NCBI GenBank assembly: GCA_028725265.1
Contig: JAQYSN010000039.1
Location: 1-58,880, forward strand
Direction of reading: 5' to 3'
Source: Spirochaetales bacterium
GTDB taxonomy: Bacteria; Spirochaetota; Spirochaetia; Treponematales; Treponemataceae
Length of the DNA: 58,880 bases
The translations under genes were made by a program, and so were the position numbers. Below are positions 27,893 through 36,174 of this stretch, one piece after another. The notes under the pieces were generated by a model. It saw nothing but the letters and a program-made list of their open reading frames with translations. It made no database searches and was not told the DNA's origin. The first letter of the stretch is position 1. Each line of letters starts with the position of its first letter.

Positions 27893-27999
27893 GAATCAAA
27901 AATGTCAGATTTTTGATTCTATACTTTAATGTATGTTGCGAGTTTTCTTTTAAGAAAACTCGACATTGAAAATGAAAATCCATAGGGATTTTCATTTTC
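27893..27999. terminator. cluster of three strong hairpins in a convergent intergenic region
   Basis: The stems are GAATCAAAAAT/ATTTTTGATTC (27893-27919), CGAGTTTTCTT/AAGAAAACTCG (27939-27962) and GAAAATGAAAATCC/GGATTTTCATTTTC (27968-27999). Confidence 0.55.
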
Positions 28000-29692
28000 A
28001 ATAACCGTCCGACATGCTTCGGTTGATATCTCGCTGATACAATTCCTGATAAACCAAAGAACGTGTCTTCAGCATTTCTTTTCTTTCTTGTGGGAACGGC
28101 ATGTGTCGCCAGAAAATACCTCGGACCTCTTTATCAAGTTTCATCATACCTTCAGATTCGAATTTTATCCAAAGGATGTAGTCTTCAATGAATTTCTCTT
28201 TTACATCACCTTTCAGCTTTTGTGATGTGAACCACTGATAATACTGCCCTGTTAAACCTTCTTCCATCCAATAGTATGAAGCCTTTTCCTTTGCAACCTG
28301 CCATCGAAGGTCGGCGCAAGCTAAAAGAATCGTGTGCTGAAGGTTTTTAGGATACATCGGCACGATGATTCGACCACGGCTCGTTACTCGGTTGAATCTA
28401 TCGAAAGGTTCCCAACAGAAACCAAAATCACCATAAGTTGGGATTAAGATTACATAAGGAACGATTCGGTTCATGACGTTTTTGTGGATACGACAGAAAA
28501 CCCCAGGATCAAGCGACTCGACCCACGCCATTTCACGGATGACGTTTTCCCTAAAACCGATTCCTTTAGGAATACAGTGAAAAAACTCTTTTGTGAAAAT
28601 TGGGAAGTGATTTCCCATTCGTCCAACAGACATCTTTGCCATCTGACGAACTGTATCAAACTCTGTCATAAAGTCCGCGTTGTTAACTTCTACGAGGTTT
28701 CCTGCCAAAGCAAGTTTTTCATCAAGATGTTTTGAAGTTTCGTTTGCTTCTTCAAGTTCCACAAGATACTGCGAGATTTCCCTATCAATTTTTACAAGAA
28801 GTCTAACTTTTTCAGCGATGTCATTACCCTTTTTTTTCTGAACTTCGCTAAGGCATTCTTTGTGCTTTGTTCCAGGAATCTGAGGATGATAACAAAAATC
28901 ATCAAGCAGCCCTTTAAGGCCATTTTCCATGCTCTGTCGTTCACTTTCTTTTGCCGCAAGCATGGTTTCAGCATTTTGAACCTTACCCTGTGCCTTCGTT
29001 TTGAGCTGCATCAATCGGGCTGTTTCTTCAGAGCTTCCAGCAGGCGCACCCTTTGAACGAGGTTTAGCTTCATCAGTAGCAGAAATTGTAATCAAACCTT
29101 GTGCAATATTGGAAAACCATTCATCAAGATAATAGATAGGCTCTCCGGATGTATTTTCGCGGAAAGAACGAGAGAAAATATCTTTTTGCTCATCCGTCAT
29201 TAACGAAGGAAGTAAAATTCCGAAACGAAGGAGCATTTTTTTACATTCTGGTGTAGATGGAAGTTTTGCTTTTTGTGAAATTGAACGTAAAACTTCCCAA
29301 TAAGGCGTTACGATTTGCTGCCTGAAAATTGCTCTGTCTTTAGGGTCTTTGCAGGTAAGATATTTTGAAAGAAGGCTATGAAGTCGCTGAGCAACTTCTG
29401 GTTCGTCAGTGAGAGTCGTTTTATAATAAGCCTTATCAGAATAAACCTGGGTAATCGGTGTATCTGCAATGAATTTTTCTACAGGTGCAAATTTTGTTTT
29501 TGTCAAATCAACGGAATTAGCAGCGTTATTAGCTTTGCCATATCCAGATTTTGAATCTCCGTTTTGGGCTTTATTTTCCGTTTCAACAGGTGAAGTATCA
29601 AAATCTAAATTCGATTCTGCAAGTAATGCAGCAATTTCTGGTGAAATATCGCTCATATCCTCTATTTTACCATTACACACGATTAAAGGCAA
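27998..29692 (-). CDS. conserved-looking hypothetical protein, 564 aa
   Basis: Long uninterrupted ORF with ordinary composition; no family recognised. Confidence 0.7.
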   Translation of the reverse strand: MPLIVCNGKIEDMSDISPEIAALLAESNLDFDTSPVETENKAQNGDSKSGYGKANNAANSVDLTKTKFAPVEKFIADTPITQVYSDKAYYKTTLTDEPEVAQRLHSLLSKYLTCKDPKDRAIFRQQIVTPYWEVLRSISQKAKLPSTPECKKMLLRFGILLPSLMTDEQKDIFSRSFRENTSGEPIYYLDEWFSNIAQGLITISATDEAKPRSKGAPAGSSEETARLMQLKTKAQGKVQNAETMLAAKESERQSMENGLKGLLDDFCYHPQIPGTKHKECLSEVQKKKGNDIAEKVRLLVKIDREISQYLVELEEANETSKHLDEKLALAGNLVEVNNADFMTEFDTVRQMAKMSVGRMGNHFPIFTKEFFHCIPKGIGFRENVIREMAWVESLDPGVFCRIHKNVMNRIVPYVILIPTYGDFGFCWEPFDRFNRVTSRGRIIVPMYPKNLQHTILLACADLRWQVAKEKASYYWMEEGLTGQYYQWFTSQKLKGDVKEKFIEDYILWIKFESEGMMKLDKEVRGIFWRHMPFPQERKEMLKTRSLVYQELYQRDINRSMSDGY

Positions 29693-29774
29693 ATACTAAG
29701 AAATAAAAAAAATTTTTTCTTGAATTTAATTCAAAATTAAAATCGCTGACAATAATTATTTTAGAGGTTGATTT

Positions 29775-31349
29775 ATGAATATTGTTAGTTTTTCACCATT
29801 TGGTTATGAAGGTTCGATTGTTACTGTTGAAGTTGATTTGCGTCGTGGGATTCCTGCCGTTGATATTGTGGGTTTGGCTGATGGAGCGATAAAAGAATCG
29901 AGGGAAAGAATGCATTCGGCGATAATTAATTCTGGATTTGATTTTCCGAAAGAAAGGGTTTTGATTAGTCTTTCACCTGCAGATTTGAAAAAGGAAGGTG
30001 CGGGATTTGATCTTGCAATTGCTTTGGCCGTACTTATGTCTCAGAAACGGCTTGAAGGGATGGAAGAGATAGATGGACCGATTCTGGTTATGGGCGAACT
30101 TGAGCTTTCAGGTAAAGTTAGGCCTGTGAGAGGTATTCATGCGGCGGTTTCGACGGCTTTTGAGTGTGGAGTTCGGAATTGCATTGTTTGTTCGGAAAAT
30201 AAATTTGAGGCCAGTGGCGTAGAAGGAATGAACGTCTATGAATGCAATTATCTTTCCGATGCCTTTGAATGTCTTGAAAAAATTGGGAAGGGGGAAATGG
30301 ACAATTGTTTTTCTTCAAGAATTGATTTGGAAGCTAGCGAAGAAACGGATTTCGATAATGTGCAATTTCCTCCCGTTGAAGACGGGACTGATTTCATCGA
30401 GGTGAAAAATCAACCTTTCTTGGTTCGAGGCCTTCAAATTGCAGCCGCCGGCAGACACAATCTGCTTGCCTATGGTTCGCCAGGCTGTGGAAAAACGCTG
30501 GCGTTGCAGCGTTTTGTCTCGCTTCTTCCGTATTTGGATGAAGAAGAAGCGAGAAGCGTTACACGCATCCACAGCCTGGCGGGCTTGGTTGGAAGGGAAG
30601 TTTCTTTAGTTAAAAAGAGGCCGTTTAGAATGCCTCATCAAAGTGCCAGTCTTGAAGGTGTCTGCGGCGGCGGAATCCATTGTGCGCCCGGCGAGGTTTC
30701 TCTAGCTCATAACGGCGTACTTTTTTTGGACGAGGCGGCCGAATTTAGGACCTCCGTTTTGCAAATGCTTCGAGTGCCACTTGAGCAGCATAATATAACG
30801 TTGTGCCGGGCGGGACGATCGACGGTATATCCGGCAGATTTTCAGTTATTGCTTGCGACAAATCCTTGTCCGTGCGGAAATTTTGGAAGCAAGGACAAAA
30901 TATGCCTTTGTTCAATGCGTTCTGTAGAACAATATTGGAAAAAATTCAGTGGTCCGCTTTTAGACCGAATTGACATCAGAATTCCTGTGGAATCTGTTAC
31001 CTCATCGAATCATATTTCTCTGAATGTTAACGAAACGGCAATATCATCGGCACAACTGCGAATTGGAATTGCTAGGGCAATCCGTGCTCAAAAAACTCGT
31101 CAGGGAAAATATAATTCTCATCTTTATCCTGAAGAAGTAAATATGTATTGTGGATTATCAGCAGAATGTAGCCAATTTTTGGAAAAAGCAGCTTTTGACC
31201 AAGGCCTTTCAGCACGGGCTGTTAGTTCCTGTAAAAAACTTGCTCGTACAATTGCAGATATTGAAGGACACGGCGATATTGAATTTAAAGATTTGCAGGA
31301 AGCAGTTGAATATCGTAAAAATGAAGGAGGAGTGAGTTTGTGCTGCTAG
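29775..31349 (+). CDS. YifB/ComM-family Mg-chelatase-like AAA+ ATPase
   Basis: 524 aa; N-terminal Lon-protease-like domain, Walker A GSPGCGKT, Walker B VLFLDE, C-terminal ChlI-like part. Confidence 0.9.
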   Translation: MNIVSFSPFGYEGSIVTVEVDLRRGIPAVDIVGLADGAIKESRERMHSAIINSGFDFPKERVLISLSPADLKKEGAGFDLAIALAVLMSQKRLEGMEEIDGPILVMGELELSGKVRPVRGIHAAVSTAFECGVRNCIVCSENKFEASGVEGMNVYECNYLSDAFECLEKIGKGEMDNCFSSRIDLEASEETDFDNVQFPPVEDGTDFIEVKNQPFLVRGLQIAAAGRHNLLAYGSPGCGKTLALQRFVSLLPYLDEEEARSVTRIHSLAGLVGREVSLVKKRPFRMPHQSASLEGVCGGGIHCAPGEVSLAHNGVLFLDEAAEFRTSVLQMLRVPLEQHNITLCRAGRSTVYPADFQLLLATNPCPCGNFGSKDKICLCSMRSVEQYWKKFSGPLLDRIDIRIPVESVTSSNHISLNVNETAISSAQLRIGIARAIRAQKTRQGKYNSHLYPEEVNMYCGLSAECSQFLEKAAFDQGLSARAVSSCKKLARTIADIEGHGDIEFKDLQEAVEYRKNEGGVSLCC

Positions 31350-31428
31350 TGAAGTACTAGGTGGAATTGTGCTTTTGTTTTGTTTGGTGATATAATCAAT
31401 CAATTCATTTTAATTACGGAGATACAAA

Positions 31429-31848
31429 ATGACTTTAAAAGAATTAAATGTTGAACGTCTCAAGATTCGAAAAGAAGATCCTGTTCGTGCAAATGTGCTT
31501 ACGATGCTCGTAAACGCTGTAAAAAATGTCACAATCGATGAGCGCCGATCAGAAACTGATGCGGATTTTGCAAAGGCTGCACTTAAAATGTACAACGAAA
31601 CAAAAACCAATATAGCAGATTATAAATCAAATGGTGCTGATACGGCAGAACTTGAAGCAGAACTTGCCGTTATAGAGACTTTCCTTCCTAAAATGCTCAG
31701 TGAAGATGAAATGATTGCTGTAGCAAAAAAAGTTGTGGAAAGTCTTCCTGAAAGTGATCGTGTTTTGAAAAATATTATGCCACGACTCAAAGAAATCGAC
31801 GGTTTTGACATGAAACAGGCAAAATCGATTATTGAAAAGGTTCTTTAA
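31429..31848 (+). CDS. yqeY: GatB/YqeY domain protein
   Basis: 139 aa; typical YqeY N-terminus and length. Confidence 0.85.
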   Translation: MTLKELNVERLKIRKEDPVRANVLTMLVNAVKNVTIDERRSETDADFAKAALKMYNETKTNIADYKSNGADTAELEAELAVIETFLPKMLSEDEMIAVAKKVVESLPESDRVLKNIMPRLKEIDGFDMKQAKSIIEKVL

Positions 31849-31879
31849 TTATAGATTTAAAAATAGATTTAAAATGAAG

Positions 31880-31917
31880 AAGGGTGCGCCTCTGTTTGAA
31901 GTGCACCCTTTTGTTTT
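31880..31917 (+). terminator. Rho-independent terminator of yqeY
   Basis: AAGGGTGC/GCACCCTT stem followed by TTGTTTT. Confidence 0.7.
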
Positions 31918-31925
31918 ATAGTTGC

Positions 31926-31949
31926 TTACTTGCTTAGCAACTTGTTCAT
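31926..31949. repeat. left 24-bp direct repeat (orphan copy of the last 7 codons + stop of htpG)
   Basis: Exact match to 33813-33836. Confidence 0.9.
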
Positions 31950-32012
31950 ATCTGGCAAAAGCCCCACTACATAACACAAAATTGAAGAAAGATTTATTTT
32001 GAATTGTGTACG

Positions 32013-32387
32013 TTAATTTTCAATATCCTTTTGTAAAAATTTTACCTCAGTTATTTTTGAATTACTAAGAATATTATCATTTATAAAATTTTTTATTTCA
32101 AGCATAAAAAAATCCTCATTCTTATCAGTTATTTCACTTTTTGATTTTTTCGAGAAATATTTTCTTAGGAAATCTTTTATTTCTATGCTCCGTAGATCTA
32201 TTTCTGTTTTAGTTTGCTCATCACCCTTTTCATAACCTAAAGCAATATCAATTTTAATGATGAGTGGAGGTTCATCGCAAGTTCGTGCTCGAATTACTCC
32301 TAAAGATGTATACCAATCATAATTATCATCTTGATTTAAGTTATATTCATTAAATGTATTCTCCGATTGAACAACATTTCTATTCAT
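32013..32387 (-). CDS. hypothetical protein with a possible FliL-like C-terminal domain (no TM)
   Basis: 124 aa; the pattern LIIKIDIALGYE...IEIKDFLRKYFSKKS...EIKNFINDNIL..KITEVKFLQ resembles FliL C-terminal domains; very AT-rich. Confidence 0.4.
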   Translation of the reverse strand: MNRNVVQSENTFNEYNLNQDDNYDWYTSLGVIRARTCDEPPLIIKIDIALGYEKGDEQTKTEIDLRSIEIKDFLRKYFSKKSKSEITDKNEDFFMLEIKNFINDNILSNSKITEVKFLQKDIEN

Positions 32388-32544
32388 ATAGTTTATTAAC
32401 TTTTATATAAAAAATTTTGTTCCGCAAAGTATATAATCAATATATTTTATTTGTCAAATCAAAATAAATAATTACTCAATTATACTAATCGTATGAATAA
32501 ATATCAGTCAGATTTTATTTCAAACCTCATTTATAAAGACTACA

Positions 32545-32690
32545 CACAATAGACATTTGCTGGTATTTGTAATTACTCTTAAAAGGAAATATTGACTAAA
32601 TAGAATCAGGTAAAACACTTCCTTCTTTTAAGACGATTCTTAAGATTGCATATGCTCTAAAACACACCTTCTGAAGATTTATTTTTATGA
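32545..32690 (+). pseudogene. remnant of an XRE-type HTH gene
   Basis: The segment translates to ..IESGKTLPSFKTILKIAYALK.., then a frameshift, then TPSEDLFL*. In-frame stops lie upstream. Compare the intact XRE at 45424..45720 (QIEAGTTKPSFDRIINIATALGVHPADLFL). Confidence 0.4.
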
Positions 32691-32801
32691 AATATCAGTA
32701 AGAATCATAATGAAATTTGTAATTTTTTTGATCAATTTTTCCAACAATACAAGAAATAATTGATAAAGAATTTGATGCATAATAAATAAAATTCTTGTTT
32801 T

Positions 32802-32871
32802 CAAATTTTTTCCTCCGAAATTAGTTCAAAATTGAGTTTTCTTTCCATAATTAGGATGGAGGTAAAAGAAA
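32802..32871 (+). repeat. conserved 5' region shared by the two Rpn genes (copy 1)
   Basis: About 70% identical by eye to 40323-40393, including the exact 18-mer CCATAATTAGGATGGAGG. Confidence 0.7.
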
Positions 32872-33396
32872 ATGAAAAATGAAGAAAAAAGAGATTACAA
32901 TTACAAACCTGTTGAGGAACTGACTTTCACAGACGACTTTATGTTCGGAGCTGTCATGAAGCACAAGGAGATTTGCATAGGGGTTTTGGAAAGACTTTTG
33001 CACATCAAAATCGACCACATTGAGTATCCGAAACTGCAAAAACACTTGAAACCGTTCTATACGTCAAAAGGCGTGCGTTTGGATGTTTATGTCAAAGACA
33101 GTGACAGAGTTTTCGATGTTGAATTACAAAACAGAAAGTTTGAAGCGTTGGGAAAGCGAACACGCTACTATCAGTCTATGATTGACATGGATAACCTTAT
33201 GAAGGGCGAAGATTATTCGACACTAAAAGAAAGTTATGTCATATTCATTTGTACCGATGACCCATTCGGAAAAGGACTGGCTCAATATTCATTTAAAGAT
33301 GTTTGTCTTGAAAATACTGAAGTAGAACTTGATGACAAAGTACACAAACTAATTTATAATGCTTATCAAAAATTACATCCTTGTAATTTTTGAAAC

Positions 33397-33525
33397 CACG
33401 AATCTACGATTCGTGCAGTGCATTTGTGAAGATTGAATCACGCCGCCATCCGTGGCGAACAATTCTAAAAAAAGAAGGTCGAGTTTGTGAAACAAACTCG
33501 AACGGAATACGCGAAGCGGATTCCG
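33397..33525 (+). other. array of four hairpins inside the decayed Rpn gene
   Basis: The four stems are CACGAATC/GATTCGTG (33397-33415), CGCCA/TGGCG (33444-33457), TCGAGTTTG/CAAACTCGA (33479-33501) and CGGAAT.CGC/GCG.ATTCCG (33503-33525). Confidence 0.6.
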
Positions 33526-33532
33526 TAGGTAC

Positions 33533-33718
33533 ATGGCTGTGAATTTACACGAAAGGGATATACGAGTAGAAGCGGAACGAAACGGAATTGCAAAAGGTGA
33601 ACAAAAAAAAGCCATTGAGACAGCACGAAAAATGTTGGCTGCTGGACTTGCAGTTGAACAAATTAGCCTGTTTGTGGATCTTCCTGCAGAAGAAATAAAA
33701 AAGTTACAGAAAGACTAA
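33533..33718 (+). CDS. possible free-standing RpnS-like small protein (C-terminal Rpn domain with its own ATG)
   Basis: 61-aa intact ORF aligning with residues ~235-300 of the intact Rpn (..KA.E.AR..L...L...QI......LP.EE...LQK.). Confidence 0.35.
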   Translation: MAVNLHERDIRVEAERNGIAKGEQKKAIETARKMLAAGLAVEQISLFVDLPAEEIKKLQKD

Positions 33719-33756
33719 AAGCTTTCGGAATTTTTGGAAAAGAAAGGGATTGAAAA

Positions 33757-33797
33757 GGGAAAGAGAAACCTTTTTGAAAGGTTGCCCTTTCCCTTTT
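33757..33797. terminator. bidirectional terminator hairpin (Rpn remnant / htpG)
   Basis: GGGAAAG...CTTTCCC outer stem with inner AACCTTT/AAAGGTT; T-runs on both strands. Confidence 0.6.
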
Positions 33798-33812
33798 GCG
33801 TTTTAAAGGGAA

Positions 33813-33836
33813 TTACTTGCTTAGCAACTTGTTCAT
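33813..33836. repeat. right 24-bp direct repeat (functional 3' end of htpG)
   Basis: Exact match to 31926-31949. Confidence 0.9.
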
Positions 33837-35825
33837 CCGCTTAACGAATTCTGCCGGGTCATTAAGCTCGGCTCCTCCAACTAGAAGAGCCTGATCAAGC
33901 AAGACTTCTGAAATGTCTGCGATGTAATTTTCATCATCGGATTCTTTGATTTTTGCGATGATTGCATGGTCAGCGTTGATTTCAAGAATCGGTTTGAGAG
34001 TTCCGAACATGTTCTGTCCCATAGCTCTCATCATTCGTTCCATCTGGAAACTCGGATCGTTTTCATCAACTACGATACAACAAGGCGAATCGCTCAATCG
34101 TTTTGAAAGAACTACGTCCTTAACTTTATCACCAAGGGCTTTTTTGATTTTTTCCAAAACAGGCTTGATTTCTTCTGCCTTCTTTTCAGCATCTTCTTTA
34201 TTGATACCAAGTTCCTCATCACTTCCTGCTCTGTTCACAGCCTTAAGGTCAAAGTCCTTGTATTTTCCAAGACCAGGGATGACGATGTCATCGATGTCAT
34301 CGCTCATAATCAAAACTTCGAATCCGGCTTTTTTGTACGCTTCAAGTAATGGACTTGCACGCAGATTTTTCTCATCGCCACCTGTGATGTAGTAAATTGC
34401 CTTTTGTCCGGTCTTCATTCGCTGTACGTAATCTGCAAGGCTTGTCCATTTTTCACCTTTGAGACCGTCAGGAAGTTCGCCTGTGCCTTCATCAGCTGTA
34501 CTCTTGAATCTTATGATTTCTGCAATTTCGTCCTTGTTGGCAAAATCGCTGTAAAGTCCTTCTTTCAAAGGTCTATTGTACTGGCTGATAAACTGAGCCC
34601 ATTTTTCAATTGCTTCTTTCTGTTCATCAGTTCGGTCTTTTGAATCAACTGCAAGTGCCTTTGCTGATTTTTCTCCCATTTTTTTGAATTCGCTCAAAAG
34701 TTTCTTTACAGATTGGGTTTTGATTGCACTCAAAATTCTGTTTTGCTGCAAAATTTCACGGCTTACGTTCAAAGGTAAGTCTTCGCTATCGATGATACCC
34801 TTTACGAATCGCAGATAGCTTGGCAAAAGTTCTTTATCATCATCAGTGATGAAGACTCTTTTCACATAAAGCTTCACTCCGCTTGCGTAATCAGCCTGAT
34901 ACATATCGAAAGGCGCTGTTTCTGGAACATAGAAAAGTGTTGTGTATTCTTGTGTTCCTTCTGCATTTGTATGAACGTACATTAATGGATTGCTTGAGTC
35001 ATGAGAAAGCGTCTTGTAAAAGTCGTTGTAATCTTCTGATTTCAATTCGCTTTTGCTTCTCTTCCAAAGCGCAGAGGCCGAATTGATTTTATCGACTTTG
35101 TTTTCTGTTTCTGTGACATTTCCCTTGTCATCGTATTTGTTCTGTTCGTAATGCAAGTAAATAGGGAAGGCGATGTGGTCTGAGTATTTTTTGATGAGGT
35201 CTTCAACCTTCCATCGTGAGCAGTATTCTGAACTTTCATCGTTCATTGTCATGATGATTGCTGAACCGCATTTTTTCTCGTCGTCAAAGCCGTATTTTTT
35301 AGCCAAATCGCTGTCTTTGCCAAGTTCTTCAATATCGTATGAATTTGTTCCGTCGCTTGACCACATCAAAACTTTGTTGATGTTACCATCTTTGTCGCTT
35401 CCTGCTTTTCGTGTTACGACATTAATTTTGCTTGCGGCCATAAATGCTGAATAAAATCCGACACCGAATTGTCCGATGAGAGCCGAATCTTTTTTAGCTT
35501 CATTTTCAAGTTTTTCGAGAAAGGCTTTTGTACCACTTCGTGCAATTGTTCCAAGGTTTGCGTTCAAATCTTCCTCGTTCATACCGATACCGGTATCCTG
35601 GACTACGAGGATTTTTTCTTTTTCATCAAATGAAATGTCGATGCGTGGCTGAAAATCGACGCTTTTGTATTTATCATCTGAAATTGTAAGATATTTGAGT
35701 TTGTCCAAAGCATCTGATGCATTTGAAACGATTTCTCGAAGGAAAATATCCTTGTTTGAATACATTGAATGAATGATAAGTTTTAGAAGTTGATTGACTT
35801 CTGTTTGAAATTGATATTTTGCCAT
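33813..35825 (-). CDS. htpG: molecular chaperone HtpG (Hsp90)
   Basis: N-terminus MAKYQFQTEVNQLLKLIIHSMYSNKDIFLREIVSNASDALDK, GHKL ATPase motifs GQFGVGFYS. I prefer the ATG at 35825 over the ORF-track start at 35888. Confidence 0.95.
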   Translation of the reverse strand: MAKYQFQTEVNQLLKLIIHSMYSNKDIFLREIVSNASDALDKLKYLTISDDKYKSVDFQPRIDISFDEKEKILVVQDTGIGMNEEDLNANLGTIARSGTKAFLEKLENEAKKDSALIGQFGVGFYSAFMAASKINVVTRKAGSDKDGNINKVLMWSSDGTNSYDIEELGKDSDLAKKYGFDDEKKCGSAIIMTMNDESSEYCSRWKVEDLIKKYSDHIAFPIYLHYEQNKYDDKGNVTETENKVDKINSASALWKRSKSELKSEDYNDFYKTLSHDSSNPLMYVHTNAEGTQEYTTLFYVPETAPFDMYQADYASGVKLYVKRVFITDDDKELLPSYLRFVKGIIDSEDLPLNVSREILQQNRILSAIKTQSVKKLLSEFKKMGEKSAKALAVDSKDRTDEQKEAIEKWAQFISQYNRPLKEGLYSDFANKDEIAEIIRFKSTADEGTGELPDGLKGEKWTSLADYVQRMKTGQKAIYYITGGDEKNLRASPLLEAYKKAGFEVLIMSDDIDDIVIPGLGKYKDFDLKAVNRAGSDEELGINKEDAEKKAEEIKPVLEKIKKALGDKVKDVVLSKRLSDSPCCIVVDENDPSFQMERMMRAMGQNMFGTLKPILEINADHAIIAKIKESDDENYIADISEVLLDQALLVGGAELNDPAEFVKRMNKLLSK

Positions 35826-35906
35826 TTTTTGCCTTCTGTAAAATTTTTCTTTTAAATTAAAAATAAGCATGATTTTACATTTCGGCAAGATTTGCGATTT
35901 TTTTAT

Positions 35907-36027
35907 CTGGGCGTTTCGGCTTCGCCGTCGCTATGTTCACGGCTCCCCAACGGTCGGCCCCGTGCTTTCGCACGGTGGCCGCTTCAGCTGCCTTTCGGCA
36001 TCTTCGCGCCGCTCACAGCGCTAACGC
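35907..36027. repeat. GC-rich intergenic patch P1, loosely related to 47358-47462 (inverted)
   Basis: Strongly GC-rich relative to its surroundings. It shares TTCGCCGTC, CGGCTC and CTAACGCAA blocks, in the same order, with the reverse complement of P2. It contains hairpins 35956-35980 and 35989-36000 with TTTC loops (GAAA on the htpG-sense strand). Confidence 0.4.
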
Positions 36028-36064
36028 AATTTTACGGATAAATTGGTTTTGTGGCATGAAATAT

Positions 36065-36073
36065 CCCCCCCCC
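36065..36073. repeat. C9 homopolymer tract in the htpG/feoAB divergent intergenic region
   Basis: Nine consecutive C, read directly. Confidence 0.9.
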
Positions 36074-36174
36074 GACTTTTTGATTATTGTAATATGTAAA
36101 TTTAAATCTACCAATAAACCGATAATATATTTTGCAATCGTCATTTATATGATACAGTTTGAGAGAGGAAACCG

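Larger units (their letters stand above)
32872..33718 (+). pseudogene. disrupted Rpn-family (TIGR01784, PD-(D/E)XK) recombination-promoting nuclease / putative transposase
   Basis: The N-terminal 173-aa ORF carries the DV...ELQ nuclease core. Four in-frame stops follow between 33391 and 33528, then a +1 shift into a 61-aa C-terminal ORF homologous to the C-terminus of the intact paralog at 40394..41302. Confidence 0.65.
31926..33836. mobile_element. decayed ~1.9-kb insertion islet bounded by 24-bp direct repeats duplicating the htpG 3' end
   Basis: The perfect repeat TTACTTGCTTAGCAACTTGTTCAT occurs at 31926-31949 and 33813-33836. The interior is AT-rich and holds pseudogenes (XRE remnant, disrupted Rpn). 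Confidence 0.5.

Noticed and set aside
36120-36150. Fur-box-like sequence GATAATATATTTTGCAATCGTCATTTAT upstream of feoAB
   Set aside because: It matches the 19-bp Fur consensus only partially, and the metalloregulators and their sites in this lineage are uncertain. It is too weak to list as a feature.
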